From: Felis catus
Taxonomy: Eukaryota
Reading direction: 5' to 3'
DNA length: 64,000 nt
Assembly: GCF_018350175.1 (NCBI RefSeq)
Contig: NC_058368.1
Location: 87,422,001 to 87,486,000, forward strand
Shown: one piece after another, positions 9,272-23,194 of the stretch
Position numbering within the stretch: the stretch's first letter is position 1
Layout of the letters: the number at the start of each line of letters is the position of its first letter
The notes under the pieces: generated by a model
Told to the model about the DNA's origin: nothing
What the model saw: the letters and a program-made list of their open reading frames with translations, nothing else
The model's database searches: none
Position numbers and translations under genes: made by a program

Positions 9272-10475
9272 ACTGTCACTGCCATCAAATCCACCTGTTT
9301 ATCACCCCCCAAACTTCCCTCCCACTCCTTTATTATTGTTCTTGTTGCTGCTGCTGTTGTTGTTATTTTATTGTTAATATTTTGTGTCTATAGGAAGAAG
9401 ACTTCATACAAAATCTACCCTTTAAATAAATATTTAAATAAATAAATAATAATTGGTAAATAAATATTTAATAAATATTTTAATAAACACAACACAGAAT
9501 GATTAACTGTAGGCACTGTGCTGTACAGCAGATCTCCAAGACTTAGTCATCCTGCATAACAAATTTTACACCCTTGACTAATACCTCTCCACTTTCCCTC
9601 TCCCCAGCCCCTGGCAACTACCATTCCACTCTCTGTTTCTATGATTTTGACTATTCTAGATTCCACATATGACTGATGTCATACAGTATTTGTCTTGCTC
9701 TGTCTGACTTATGTCACCTTGCATAATGTCTTTGAGGTCCAACCATGTTATGAATGGCAGGATTTCCATTATTTTTTTTAATGTTTATTTATTTTGAGAG
9801 AGGAAGAGAAAGAGAGAATCCCAAGCAGTTTCCACAATTTCAGCACAGAGCCTGACGCAGGGCTCAATCTCACAAGCCGTGAGATCATGACCTGAGCCGA
9901 AATCAAGAGTCAGATGTTTAACTGACTGAGCCACCCAGGTGCCCCCAGGATTTCCTATTTTCGTGTGGCTGAATAATATCCATCATGTGATATAGATAGA
10001 TAGATAGATAGATACATAGACAGATAACAGATAATGGAAGATAATAGATGATAGATAATAGATGACAATAGATAATAGATGATAGATAATAGATGATGAT
10101 GATAGCTAGATAATACATAATAAATGATGATAGATAGATGATAAATAGATAATAGATAACAGATGATGATGGATAGATGATAGATGATAGATTGATAGAG
10201 TATATCTTTTTTTCCTCATTATTTATTTATTTATTTATTTAAATATGAAATCTATTATCAAATTGGTTTCCATACAACACCCAATGCCCATCCCAACAGG
10301 TGTCCTCCTCAATACCCCTCACCCACCTAGATAGAGTATATCTTTATCCATTCTTCCATTTATGGTCACTTAGGGTGTTTCCATATCTCAACTATCATGG
10401 GTGATGCTGCCATGGGCGTGTGAGTGCAAGCATCTCTTCGAGATCCTGGTTTCAATTCCTCTGGATAGGCACTCT
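9272..10475 (-). mobile_element. Old L1 (L1MA/MB) 3' fragment containing a SINE (9771-9945, minus), a GATA repeat and a short L1 tail (10210-10328)
   Basis: CCCCAGCCCCTGGCAACTACCATTCCACTCTCTGTTTCTATG antisense L1 3'UTR motif. Inner inserts have TSDs caggatttcc and gatagagtatatcttt. Confidence 0.8.
9989..10200. repeat. Degenerate (GATA/GAT)n microsatellite
   Basis: Direct inspection. Confidence 0.9.
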
Positions 10476-10769
10476 ACTCCCTGACTCACTTAGGCACTTG
10501 TTCTCCTAACACTTATGGAGCACCTGGTGCATATCAGGCAATAACACAAAGTTGAAAAGCACCTTGCCTTACCCAAGAGGACCTTGGAGGATAAACACCC
10601 AGACCACCTTCTCCAGTACTTGCAGTGGCTGCAGAACCAGTGACAATGACATGGGTTTAACAGATCGTAAAGAATGAGAGGTGCTCAGCACCCCAGGCAA
10701 GTTCAGGGACCCTGATGCAAGAAGGACAAGAGTCCAAATCCAGAGAAGAGCCACTGGCCAATGACTTTG

Positions 10770-10890
10770 TCTCTCTGTGCCTCAGTTTCTTCACCTGTAA
10801 AATGAGGGAAACAATGGCACCGTTGTAGAGGGTTTTTGTAAGGATTGTAAGGATTGAACAAATGAATAAATGTGAGACCTCTTGAACAGA
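10770..10890 (+). mobile_element. MIR fragment
   Basis: CTCTCTGTGCCTCAGTTTCTTCACCTGTAAAATGAGG core. Confidence 0.75.
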
Positions 10891-11121
10891 ATCTGATTTG
10901 GAGAAGCTGGTGTCAGTGGTTAACACCTGTTACTACCGTTGTTATAATTATGTGCAGAATGCTCTGAGAGAGGAAAGAGTGGTATATATTACTATATCCT
11001 GCAAGGGAAGAATGGCAGACCTGAGCCTCAAGCCCTGCCTGTCATTAGGGGCATCAAGGGCTTCAGACACTCAGGCTACACAGATCAATCATGCTCAAAC
11101 AGATAAGGCTGAACCAGGAAC

Positions 11122-11158
<37 letters not shown>

Positions 11159-11171
11159 AATGAGCTTTTCA

Positions 11172-11378
11172 TTTTTTTTAATTTTTTTTAACATTTATTT
11201 ATTTTTTGAGAGACAGCATGAGTGGGGGAGGAGCAGAGAGACAGGAGACACAGAATCTGAAGCAGGCTGCAGGCTTTGAGCTGTCAGCACAGAGCCCAAT
11301 GTGGGGCTTGAACTCATGAACTACGAGATCATGTCCTGAGTCTTAGATGCTTAACCAACTGAGCCACCCAGGTGCCCC
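11172..11378 (-). mobile_element. CAN-SINE
   Basis: Reverse SINE head/CT/tail. Confidence 0.9.
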
Positions 11379-11514
11379 TCCTTTTTCCTTTAATTCTTTC
11401 TGTACTATTTGAATTTTATTTTGTTGCCATAAACATTACTCATGAGTAAGAAATAAATAAGCTAAATACTACTTCTTCATAATACACCTAAAAGAAGCCT
11501 TCACATTTATTATT

Positions 11515-11750
11515 TTAATGTTTATTTACTTATTTATTTTGAAAGAGAGAGAGAGAGGGAGGAAGCGTCAGCAGGGGAGAGGAGCAAAGGGAGAGAGAGC
11601 ATCCCAAGCATGCTCTGTGCCCAGTGCAGGGGTTTGACCCAAGGCTCAATGTGGGATTGGACTATGGGCTCAATCTCACCACCATGAAATCACAACCTGA
11701 GCCAATATCAAGAGTCAGATGCTTAATGGACTGAGCCACCCAGAAACCCC
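11515..11750 (-). mobile_element. CAN-SINE
   Basis: Reverse SINE; TSD ccttcacattta. Confidence 0.88.
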
Positions 11751-11939
11751 AGGAAACCTTCACATTTAAATGATTATCAGAACCTGCCTGTGAAAGAGGC
11801 AGACAAGTTAAATATAGTTTTACAGATAAAGGAATAGTAACAGGGTGGATTTAGGCATTTTTAAAGATACAGCCAAGGTGGGATTGATATTGAACTTGAG
11901 ATTTCTGACTTCTAGGACAAGAACATTTTTTTTTGTTTT

Positions 11940-12070
11940 GAATCACTGGATTCTACTCCTGAAATCATCATTGCACTATATGCTAACTAACTTGTATGTA
12001 AATTTAAAAATAAATTAATTAAATAAGTAAATAAATAAAATTTAAAAATAACTCAGAAAGAAAAAAAAAC
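11940..12070 (+). mobile_element. Very short carnivore L1 3' end
   Basis: GAATCACTGGATTCTACTCCTGAAATCATCATTGCACTATATGCTAACTAAC plus A tail; TSD aacattttt. Confidence 0.8.
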
Positions 12071-12188
12071 ATTTTTCATTTTAGGGTGCTGAAAACAGCT
12101 AATTGTGAATATTTCCCTCCTTGAATAATTATGTACTTTTCATGCTTTCCTATCAGTGTTTTATGTATCTGTATATGTATATATGTAG

Positions 12189-12236
<48 letters not shown>

Positions 12237-12389
12237 ATATATACATAAAGATATAGATATATAAAGATTTTTTCTGACATAACAAATGGTTAGGCTATAT
12301 TGAATTGTAGTTTATTCTTTAGATCTGTTGACTGAGGATTTTTTCCTTTGTTTTATTCACATAAATTGAGTGAGTGAATCAGGTTAATT

Positions 12390-13070
12390 TACATATGGTA
12401 AAAACGCATGCTTTCTTCTTGTAAAAGGCTGTGAGGGCTGACAGGCACGTGTGGTCCTATCACCACCACCATAGCGGTCACTCAGAACACTTCCAACATC
12501 TGCCATCCTTCTTGTGCCACTTCTTAATCAACCTGTGTCCCCACCCACAGACCCTGGCATCCCCTGGCCTGCTTTCTATAGCTAAAGCTGAGCCTTTTTG
12601 ACAGCGTCACATAAACAGAACCCCAGGGCACGCAGCCTTCTGTATCCAGGTCCTTCCACGCACTGGAACACATGTGAGATTCGCTTCTGTTGCTGTGTCC
12701 TCTTTCCCTTTTACTGAGGGGATGTATTCCATGCTGTGCACAAACCACCCTGTGTTTGTTCTTTTCCCACACAAAGCACATGTGGGTCGTTTCCAGTTTG
12801 GGCAATTGTTAATAAAACCACTAAAACATTCACATACAGGTTTTTGTGTATGTTTTTATTTCTTTTGAGTGAGTATCTAGGAGTGGAATGGCTGGATTGT
12901 GTGACAAGACTGTGTCCAACCTCATGAGAAACTTCAAAACTGTCCTCCAAAGAGGTTATGCCACTAGCAATCCATGAGCGTTCCAGTTCCTTTGCCTCCC
13001 TCCCAGCACTTGCCAGAATCAGTTGCATTTTACTTCTTTAAGCCATTGTAACAGGTGTGTAATGTACTAA
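12390..13070 (-). mobile_element. Ancient L1ME-type fragment
   Basis: Degenerate antisense L1 3' motifs (TTTCCAGTTTGGG...CTAGGAGTGGAATGGCTGG...CCACTAGCAAT). Confidence 0.65.
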
Positions 13071-13489
13071 GGAAATTAACAAAGAGGTATTTTGAAAATC
13101 CATGCCATTGAACCACTTACAATGATTTAAGGACATTAGTCACCAAGAGGCTCAAGAAGAACAGATATGATTTCTAGACTTCACTACTCTGACGCTCAGT
13201 TCATGCTGTACCTCTGAGCTGGCCCACGCTCTTTGCTTTGAGGCTCAAAAACACAACACCTGAAAGAGAAATGCAAAGTACATTGTTCAACTATTATTCC
13301 AGAATTTTGGAAAGACACTTTAATCATAAATTAAAACTAGACAAGAAAAATATCACTGTGCTCTGAGCATTATTCTGCATTCTGAAAAAAATTCTCATCC
13401 CCAGTTTCACTTCTACATGGATGATGAGAGAGCACTTTGCTTTCCTGGAAGAGATATTGTCTTAGTCTGCAGCAACTGTGCTACTTTTC

Positions 13490-13552
13490 ATTTGTCAGCT
13501 CTCCACTGATCATTCTAGTGGCCACTAGCCACCTGTGTCTACTGAAATTCAA
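13490..13552 (-). mobile_element. MER3-like hAT MITE, left half (right half ~23390-23527)
   Basis: GTGGCCACTAGCCACCTGTGTCTACTGAAATT, continuing 9.85 kb later as TTTAAATTAATTAAAATTA...CTCAATAAACACATGT...TTTATTTGTTAGCCCTG. Confidence 0.55.
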
Positions 13553-13579
13553 AAGGTTTCCCTACTTTCCTGAGCATGT

Positions 13580-14819
13580 TTTTTTTAAGTTTTATTTACA
13601 GTTAGTTAATGTACTATGTTCTATTACTTTCAGGTGTACAATACAGTGATTCAACACCTACATACAACACCCGGTGCTCATTACAAGTGCACTCCTTAAC
13701 CCATCACCTAGTTACCCCATCCCCCACCCACCTCCCCTCTGGTGACCATCAGTGTGTTCTCTACAGTTAAGAGTCTGTTTCTTGGTCTCTCTCTCTCTCA
13801 TTTTTTTTTCCTTTGCTAGTTTGTTTTATTCTTAAATTCCACAAAGGAGTGAAATCATATGGTATTTTTCTCTAACTTATTTCGCTGAGCATAATACTCT
13901 ACCTCCATCCACGTCTTTGCAAATTGCAAGATTTTATTCTTTTTTATGACTGAATGATATTCCATTGTATATACATACCACCTTTTTTTATCCATTCATC
14001 AGTTGATAAATATTTGGGCTGTTTCCATAATTTGGCTATTGTTGATAGCATTACTATAAATATCAGGGTGCCCCTTCAAATCAGCATCTTTGTATCCTTT
14101 GGGTAAATACCTAGTAGTGCTATTGCTAGGTCATAGGGTAGTTTTATTTTTAACTTTTTGAGGAACCTCCATACTGTTTCCCAGAGTGGCTGCAACAGTT
14201 TGCATTCCCATCAACAGTGCAACAGGTTCCCCTTTCTCCACACCCTCGCCAACACCTATTGTCTCCTCTGTTGTTAATTTTTGCCATTCTGACAGGTGTG
14301 AGGTGGTATCTCATTGTAGTTTTGACTTGTATTTCCCTAATGATGAGTGATGTTGAGCACTTTTTCTTTTCTTTTCTTTTCTTTTCTTTTCTTTTCTTTT
14401 CTTTTCTTTTCTTTTCTTTTCTTTTTTTATTCTCAAGTTAGCTAATGTACAGCGTAGCCTTGGCTTCAGTAGTAGATTCCAGTGAATCATGACTTCCATA
14501 TAACACCCAGTGCTCATCCCAACAAGTGCCCTTCTTACTGCCATTGCCCATTTAGCCTATCCCCCCACTCACCTCCCTTCCAGCAACCATCAGTTTCTTT
14601 TTTGTATTTAAGAGTCTCTTATAGTTAGCCTCTCTGCTTTTATCTTATTTTTCCCCTCCCTTCCCCTATATTCATCTGTAGAGTTTCTCAAATTGCTCAT
14701 ATGAGTGCAATCACATATCTGTCTTTCTCTGACTGATTTTGCTTAGCATAATACCCTCGAGTTCCATCCACATTGTTGCAAATGGCAAGGTTTCATTCTT
14801 TTTCATCCCTGAGTAGTAG

Positions 14820-14858
<39 letters not shown>

Positions 14859-17089
14859 ACATCTTCTTTATCCATTCATCAGTTGATGGTCATTTGTGCT
14901 CTTTCCACAATTTGGCTATTGTTGATAGAGCTGCTATTAACACTGTGTAATAGCCACTTCAAATCAGCATTTTTGTATCTTTTGCATAAATGCCTAATAG
15001 TGTAATTGCTAGATCACAGGATAGTTTGATTTTTAATTTTTTGAGAAACCTCCATACTATTTTCCAGATTGACTGCACCAGTTTGCATTCCCACCAGCAG
15101 TGCAAGAGGGTTCCCCTTTCTCTGCAGTCTCACCAACATCTGTTGTTTCCTTAGTTGGTAACATTCTGACAGGTGTGAGGTGGTATCTCATTGTGGTGTT
15201 GATTTGCATGTCCCTGATGAGTGATGTTTAGCATCTTTTCATGTGTCTGTTCACCATCTGGATGTCTTCTTTGGAAGTGTCTATTCAAGTCTTTTGCACA
15301 TTTCTTCACTGGATTATTTGTTTTTTTGGGTGTTGAGTTTGATAAGTTCTTTGTAGATTTTGGATACTAACCCTTTATCTGATATGTCATTTGCAAGTAT
15401 CTTTTCCCATTCCGTCAGTTGCCTTTTAGTTTTGTTGATGTATCCTTCTCCATGCAGAAGCTTTTGATCTTGATGAGGTCCCAATAGTTCATGTTTGCTT
15501 TTATTTCCCCTACCTCTGAAGATATGTCAAGTAAGAATTTGCTGTGACCAAGGTCAGCGAGGTTGCTGCCTGTTTTCTCCTGTAGGGTTTTGATGGTTTC
15601 CTGTCTCACATTTAGGTCTTTAATCCATTTTGAATTTACTTTTGTGTATGCTGTAGGAAAGTGATCCCCTTTCTTTCTTTTGCATATTGCTGTCCAGTTT
15701 TCCTAACAACACTTGTTGATAAGACTTTTTCCCATCGGATATTCTTTCCTGTTTTGTCAAAGATTAATTGATCATATCATTATGGGCTTCTTTCTGGATT
15801 TCTATTCTGTTCCATTGATCTATTTGTCTGTTTTTGTGTCAGTGCCATACTATCTTGATCATACTGAAGATTTATAGCTTGATGTATGGAATTTTGATGC
15901 CTCCAGCTTTGCTTTTCATTTTCAAGATTTCTTTGACTATTCAGGGTCTTTTGTGGTTCCTACAAGGTTTAGAATTGTTTGTTCTAGCTCTGTGAAAAGT
16001 GCTGTTGGTATTTTGATAGGGATTGCATTGTGTAGATTGCTTTGGGTAGTATAGGCATTTTAACAATGTTTTTTTTTCTTCTAAACCACGAGCATGGAAT
16101 GTCTTTCCATTCCTTTGTGTCGTCTTTAATTTCTTTCATCAGTGTTTTACAGTTTTCAGGGTTTTGTTTATTACTAAGTATCTTATTATTTTTAGTGTGA
16201 TTTTGTAAATGAGATTGATTTCATAATTTCTCTTTCTGCTGGTTCATTACTGGTGTATAGAAATGCACCAGATTTCTGTGCATTGATTTTGTATCCTGCA
16301 ACTTTACTGAATTCAGGTATTAATTCTAGCAGTTTTGGGGTGTAGTCTCTTGGATTTTCTACAGAGAGTACTATGGCATCTGCAAATAATGGAACTTTAA
16401 CTTCTTCATTGCCGATTTGGATGCCTTTCATTTGTTGTTGTTGTGTCTGATTGATGAGGTTAGGACTTCCAATACTCTGGTAAATGACAATGGAGAGAGT
16501 GGACATCCCTGTCTTGTTCTTGAACTTATGGGGAAAGCTCTCAGTTTTTCCCTATTAAGAATGATAGTAGCAGTGGGTCTTTCATATACAGCTTTTATAT
16601 ATTGAGGTATGTTCCCACTAACCCTACTTTGTTGAGGATTTTTATCATGAATGGATGTTGTATTTCATCAAATGCTTTTTCTGCATCTATTGAAAGAATC
16701 ATATGGAATATATCTTTTCCTTTATTAATATGGTGTTTCAAGTTGATTGATTTGAAAATACTGAACCAGCCCTATAGACCGAGAATAAATCTAACTTTAT
16801 CATGGTGAATGATTCTTCTAATATACTATTGGATTAGATTTGCAAGTGTTTTGTTGAGAAATACCATGTCCTTCAAGGATATTGGCCAATAATTGTCTTT
16901 TTAGTGGAATTTTTGTCTCGGTTTGGTATCAAGGTAATGCTGGCATAATAGAATGAATTTGGAAGTTCTCCTTCCATTTCTATTTTTTGGAAAAGTTTGA
17001 GAATAGGTATTAACTCTTCTTTAAATGTTTGGTAGTGTACCCTGTGAAGCCATGTGGTTCTGGACTTTTCTTTCTTGGGAGTGTTTTTG
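13580..17089 (-). mobile_element. Carnivore L1 with two tandem 3' ends (13580-14360 and 14361-~15235); continues at 23195-23390
   Basis: Antisense ORF2 RT/C-terminal fragments ([33 protein letters not shown]), two different 3'UTRs, (TTTTC)n tail at 14361-14430. Confidence 0.9.
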
Positions 17090-17124
17090 TTTTTATTTAT
17101 GTATTTAGGTATTTATTTATTTAT

Positions 17125-20100
17125 TTATTTATGAATTTATTGTCAAATTGGTTTCCATACAACACCCAGTGCTCATCCCAACAGGTGCCCTCAATACCCA
17201 TCACCCACCCACCCCTTCCTCCCACCCCCCACAAACCCTCAGTTTGTTCTCCGTTTTTAGGAGACTCTTATGTTTTGGCTCCCTTCCTCTCTCACTTTTT
17301 TTTTTCCTTCCCCTCCCTGATGGTCTTCTGTTAAGTTTCTCAGGATCCACATAGGAGTGAAAACATACGGAATCTGTCTTTCTCTGTATGACTTATTTCA
17401 CTTAGCATAACACTCTCCAGTTCCATCCATGTTGCTACAAAAGTCCATATTTCATTCTTTCTCATTGCTACGTAGTATTCCATTATGTATATAAACCACA
17501 ATTTCTTTATCCATTCATCAGTTGTTGGACATTTAGGCTCTTTCCATAATTCAGCTATTGTTGAGAGTGCTACTATAAACATTGGAGTACAAGTGCCACT
17601 ATGCAGTAGTAATCCTGTATCCCTTGGGTAAATTCCTAGCAGTGCTATTGCTGGGTCATAGGGAAGGTTTATTTTTAATTTTTTGAGGAACCTCCACACT
17701 GTTTTCCAGAGCTGCTGCACCAGTTTGCATTCCCACCAACAGTGCAAGAAGGTTCCCATTTCTCCACATCCTCACCAGCATCTATAGTCTCCTGTTTTGT
17801 TCATTTCAGCCACTCTGACTGGCATGAGGTGGTATGTGAGTGTGGTTTTGGTTTGTAGTTCCCTGATGAGGAGCGAAGTTGAGCATCTTTTCGTGTGCCT
17901 ATTGGCCATCTGGATGTCTTCTTTAGAGAAGTGTCTATTCATGTCTTCTGCCCATTTCTTCACTGGGTTATTTGTTTTTCTGGTGTGGAGTTTGGTGAGC
18001 TCTTTACAGATTTTGGATACCAGCCCTTTGTCCCATATGTCATTTGCAAATATCTTTTCCCATTCCATTGGTTGCCTTTTAATTTTGTTGATTGTTCCCT
18101 TTGCAGTGCAGAAGGTTTTTATCTTCATGAGGTCCCAATAGTTCATTTTTGCTTTTAATTCCCTTGCCTTTGGGGGTGTGTAAAGTAAGAAATTGCTGCG
18201 GCTGAGGTCAGAGAAGTTTTTTCATGTTTTCTCCTCTAGGGTTTTGATGGTTTCCTGTCTCACATTCAGGTCCTTCATCCATTTTGAGTTTGTTTTTGTG
18301 AATGGTGTAAGAAAGTGGTCTAGTTTCATCCTTCTACATGTTGCTGTCCACTTCTCCCAGCACCATTTGTTAAAGAGACTGTCTTTTTTCCATTGTATAT
18401 TCTTTCCTGCTTTGTCAAAGATTAGTTGGCCATACTTGTGTGGGTCTAGTTCTGGGGTTTCTATTCTATTCCATTGGTCTATGTGTCTGTTTCTGTGCCA
18501 ATACCATGCTGTCTTGATGATGACAGCTTTGTAGTAGAGGCTAAAGTCTGGGATTGTGATGCCTCCTGCTTTGGTCTTCTTCAAAATTACTTTGGCTATT
18601 CGGGGCCTTTTGTGGTTCCATATGAATTTTAGGATTGCTTGTTCTAGTTTCAAGAAGAATGCTGGTGCAATTTTGATTGGGATTGCATTGAATGTGTAGA
18701 TAGCTTTGGGTAGTATTGACATTTTGACATTATTTATTCTTCCAATCCATGAGCACGGAATGTTTTTCCATTTCTTTTATATCTTCTTCAATTTCCTTCA
18801 TAAGCTTTCTATAGTTTTCAGCATACAGATCTTTTACATCTTTGGTTAAGCTTATTCCTAGGTATTTTATGCTTCTTGGTGCAAATGTGAATGAGGTCAG
18901 TTTCTTTATTTGTCTCTCTGTTGCTTCATTATTAGTGTATCACAATGCAACTGATTTCTGTTCATTAATCTTGTATCCTGCAACTTTGCTAAATTCATGT
19001 ATCAGTTCTAGCACACTTTTGGTGGAGTCTATCGGATTTTCCATGTATAATATTATGTCATCTGCAAAAAGTGAAAGCTTAACTTCATCTTTGCCAAGTT
19101 TGATGCCTTTGATTTCCTTTTGTTGTCTGCTGATGCTAGAACTTCCAACACTATGTTAAACAACAGCGGTGAGAGTGGACATCCCTGCCGTGTTCCTGAT
19201 CTCAGGGAGAAAGCTCTGTTTTTCCCCATGGAGGATGATGTTAGCTGTGGGCTTTTCATAAATAGCTTTGATGATATTTAAGTATATTCCTTCTATCCCA
19301 ACTTTTTCAAAGGCTTTTATTAAGAAAGGTTGCTGAATTTTCTCAAAGGCCTTTTCTGCATTGATTGACAGGATCATATGGTTCTTATCTTTTCTGTTAT
19401 TAATGTGATGTATCACAATGATTGATTTGCAAATGTTGAACCAGCCCTGCAGCCCAGGAATGAATTCCACTTGATCATGGTGTATAATTCTTTTTATATG
19501 CTGTTGAATTCGATTTGCTAGTATCTTATTGAGAATTTTTGCATCCATATTCATCAGGGATATTGGCCTGTAGTTCTCTTTTTTTACTGGGTTTCTGTCT
19601 GGTTTAGGAATCAAAGTAATACTGGCTTCATAGAATGAGTCTGGAAGTTTTCCTTCCCTTTCCATTTTTTGGAATAGCTTGAGAAGGATAGGTATTATCT
19701 CTGCTTTAAATGTCTGGTAGAATTCCCCTGGGAAGCCTTCTGGTCCTGGACTCTTATTTGTTGGGACATTTTTGACAACTGATTCAATTTCTTTGCTGGT
19801 TATGGGTCTGTTCAAGCTTTATATTTCCTCCTGATTGAGTTTTGGAAGTGTGTGGGTGTTTAGGAGTTTGTCCATTTCTTCCAGGTTGTCCAGTTTGTTG
19901 CCATATAATTTTTCATAGTATTCCCTGATAATTGCTTGTATTTCTGAGGGATTGGTTGTAATAATTTCCTTTCATTCATGATTTTATCTATTTGGGTCAT
20001 CTCCCTTTTCTTTCTGAGAAGCCTGGCTAGAAGTTTATCAATTTTGTTTATTTTTTCAAAAAAACAATTCTTGGTTTCGTTATCTGCTCTACAGTGTTTT

Positions 20101-23008
20101 AAGATTCTATATTGTTTGTTTCTGGTCTGATCTTTATTATTTGTCTTCTTCTCCTGGATTTGGGGTTTCTTTGTTGTTCTGCTTCTATTTCTTTTAGGTG
20201 TGCTGTTAGATTTTGTATTTGGGATTTTTCTTGTTTCTTGAGATAGGCCTGGATTGCAATGTAGTTTCCTCTCAGGACTGCCTTCGCTGCATCCCAAAGC
20301 ATTTGGATTGCTGTATTTTCATTTTTATTTGTTTCCATATATTTCTTAATTTCTTCTCTAATTGCCTGGTTGACGCATTCATTCTTTAGTAGGATGTTCT
20401 TTTACCTCCATGCTTTTGGAGGTTTTCCAGACTTTTTCCTGTGGTTGATTTCAAGCTCCATCACATTGTGGTCTGAAAGTATGCATGGTATGATCTCAAA
20501 TCTTGTATACTTATGAAGGGCTGTTTTGTGACCCAGTATGTGATCTATCCTGGAGAAGGTTCCATGTGCACTCAAGAAGAAAATATACTCTGTTGCTTTG
20601 GGATGCAGAGTTCTAAATATATCTGTCATGTCCATCTGATCCAATGTATCATTCAGGGTCCTTGTTTCTTTATTGATCCTGTTTCTAGATGATCTATACA
20701 ATGTTGTAAGTGGAGTATTAAAGTTGCCTGCAATTACCACATTCTTATCAATAAGGTTGCTTATGTTTGTGATTGTTTTATATATTTGGGGGCTCCTGCG
20801 TTCGGCACATAGACATTTATAATTGTTAGCTCTTCCTGAGGGATAGACCCTGTAATTATTCTATAATGCCCTTCTTCATCTCTTGTTACAGACTTTAATT
20901 TAAAGTCTAGTTTTTCTGATATAAGTATGGCTACTCCAGCTTTCTTTTGACATTTAGTAGCATGATAGATAGTTCTCCATCCCCTCACTTTGAATCTGAA
21001 GGTGTCCTCAGGTCTAAAATGAGTCTCTTGTAGACAGCGAATAGATGGGTCTTGGTTTTTTTTTATCCATTCTGATACCCTATGTCTTTTGGTTGGCACA
21101 TTTAGTCCATTTACATTCAGTGTTATTATTGAAAGATATGGGTTTAGAGTCATTGTGATGTCTGCAGGTTTCATGCTTGCAGTAATGTCTCTGGTACTTT
21201 GTCTCACAGGATCCCCCTTAAGATCTCTTGTAGGGATGGTTTAGTGGTGATAAATTCCTTCAGTTTTTGTTTGTTTGGGAAGACCTTTATCTGTCCTTCT
21301 ATTCTGAATGACAGCCTTGCTGGATAAAGGATTCTTGGCTGCATATATTTTTCTGTTCATCACATTGAACATTTCCTGCCATTCCTTTCTGGCCTGCCAC
21401 GTTTCAGTAGACAGCTCCGTCACGAGTGTTATCAGTCTCCCTTTATATGTTAGAGCATGTTTATCCCTAGCTGCTTTCAGAATTCTCTCTTTATCCTTGT
21501 ATTTTGCCAGTTTCACTATGATATGTCATGCTGATCAATTCATGTCTGAAAGGAGTTCTCTGGGAGCCTCTTGGATTTCAATGCCTTTTTCCTTCCCCAG
21601 TTCAGGGAAGTTCTCACCTTATTTCTTCAAGTACACCTTCAGCACCTTTCCCTGTCTCTTCCTCCTCTTGAATCCCAATTATGCATATATTATTTTGTTT
21701 AATTATGTCACTTATTTCTCTATGTCTCCCCTCATACTCCTGGATTTTTTTATCTCTCTTTTTCTCAGCTTCTTCTTTTTCCATAATTTTATCTTCTAAT
21801 TCACCTATTCTCTCCTCTGCCTCTTCAATCTGAGCTGTGGTCACCTCCATTTTATTTCGCAGCTCATTTATACATTCTTTAGCTCCTCCTTACTGTTTCT
21901 TAGTCCCTTGATCTCTGTAGTAATAGATTCTCTGCTCTCCTCTATACTTTTTTCAAGCCCAGCGATTAATTTTATGACTATTATTTTAAATTCGTTTTCT
22001 GCTATGTTGCTTAAATCATTTTTGATCAGTTCGTTAGCTGTCACTACTTCCTGGAGTTTCTTTTGAGGAGAATTATTCCGTTTTGTCATTTTGGATAGTC
22101 CCTAGAGTGGCAGGGTACTGCAGGGTTCTTCCTCTATGCTGTCTGGAGTAACTTGTATTGGTGGGCGGGGCTGCAGTCAGACCTGATGTCTGCCCCCAGC
22201 CCACCCCTGGGGCCACAGTCCAACTGGTGTGTACCTTATTTTCCCCTCTCCCAGGGGCAGAACTCACTGTGGAGTGGTGTGGCCTCTGTCTGGGCTACTT
22301 GCACACTGTCAGTCTTGTGGTACTGCTTCAATGAGATCTGGCATATTAGCTGGGGTGGATCCACAAGGTGCACAAGGGCGGGGGAGGGGCAGGCTCAACT
22401 CTCTTTGCCTTGGGTGGTCTGCTTTGGGAGGGGACCTGCGGCACCGGGTAGGAGGCAAACCCGTCAGAGGGATGGATCCGCAGAAGCACAGCATTAGGTG
22501 TTTGCACTGTGCAAGCAAGTTCTGTGACTGGAACTGGTTCCCTTTGGGATTTTGGCTGAGGGATGGGCGAGGTAGTAGACGCTTCCCAGCATCTTTGTTT
22601 CCCGCCAAGCTGACCTCTGTCCTCCAGGGCTCAACAACTCTCCCTCCCACTCTCTGAGCAGACTGTTGACTTACAACATTCCAGATGTTAAGTCCTGCTG
22701 GCTGTCAGAACACACTCTGTCCAGCCTCTCCATTTTTGCAAGCCAGACTCAGGGGCTCTGCCTTGCTGGGTGGGCTGGCTGCCCCTCCAACTGCCCTGGC
22801 TCCCTCCTGTCAGTCCGTGTAGCGTGCACCACCTCTCTGCCTTTCCTACCTCTTCTGTGGGACTCTCATCTACACTTGGCTCTGGACAGTCTGTTTCATT
22901 AGTCTTCTGGTGGTTATCGGGATAAATTAGGCAGATGTGATGGAATCTAAGTGATCAGCAGGACGCGGTGAGCCCAGCATCCTCCTATGCCACCATCTTC
23001 AGGAACTC
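17125..23008 (-). mobile_element. Full-length (~5.9 kb) disabled cat L1: 5'UTR ~22090-23008, ORF1 ~21240-22089, ORF2 ~17340-21150
   Basis: ORF1 fragments (MTKRNNSPQKK..., KDKERILKAARDK), endonuclease (SIITLNVNGLN, SDHN), RT ([36 protein letters not shown]) and C-terminus, broken by many frameshifts and stops. GC-richer 5'UTR beginning with AAGATGG. Confidence 0.96.
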
Positions 23009-23194
23009 TTTATTTTTGAGAGAGAGCATGAGCAGGGGAGTGTCACAGAGAGAGAGGAAGAGGGAGAATCCCACACAGGCTCCATGCTGTCAGCACAGAG
23101 CCCAGCACATGGCTGGATCTCACAAACCACGAGATCAAGACCTGGGCCAAAGTCAAGAGTCAGATGCTTAAGCAACTGAGCCACCCAGGTGCCT
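23009..23194 (-). mobile_element. CAN-SINE whose A-tail hosts the full-length L1
   Basis: Reverse SINE. TSD cttgggagtgtttt at ~17074 and ~23194 brackets SINE plus L1. Confidence 0.85.

Noticed and set aside
17340..22089. Active L1
   Set aside because: ORF1 and ORF2 are both fragmented by multiple stops and frameshifts.
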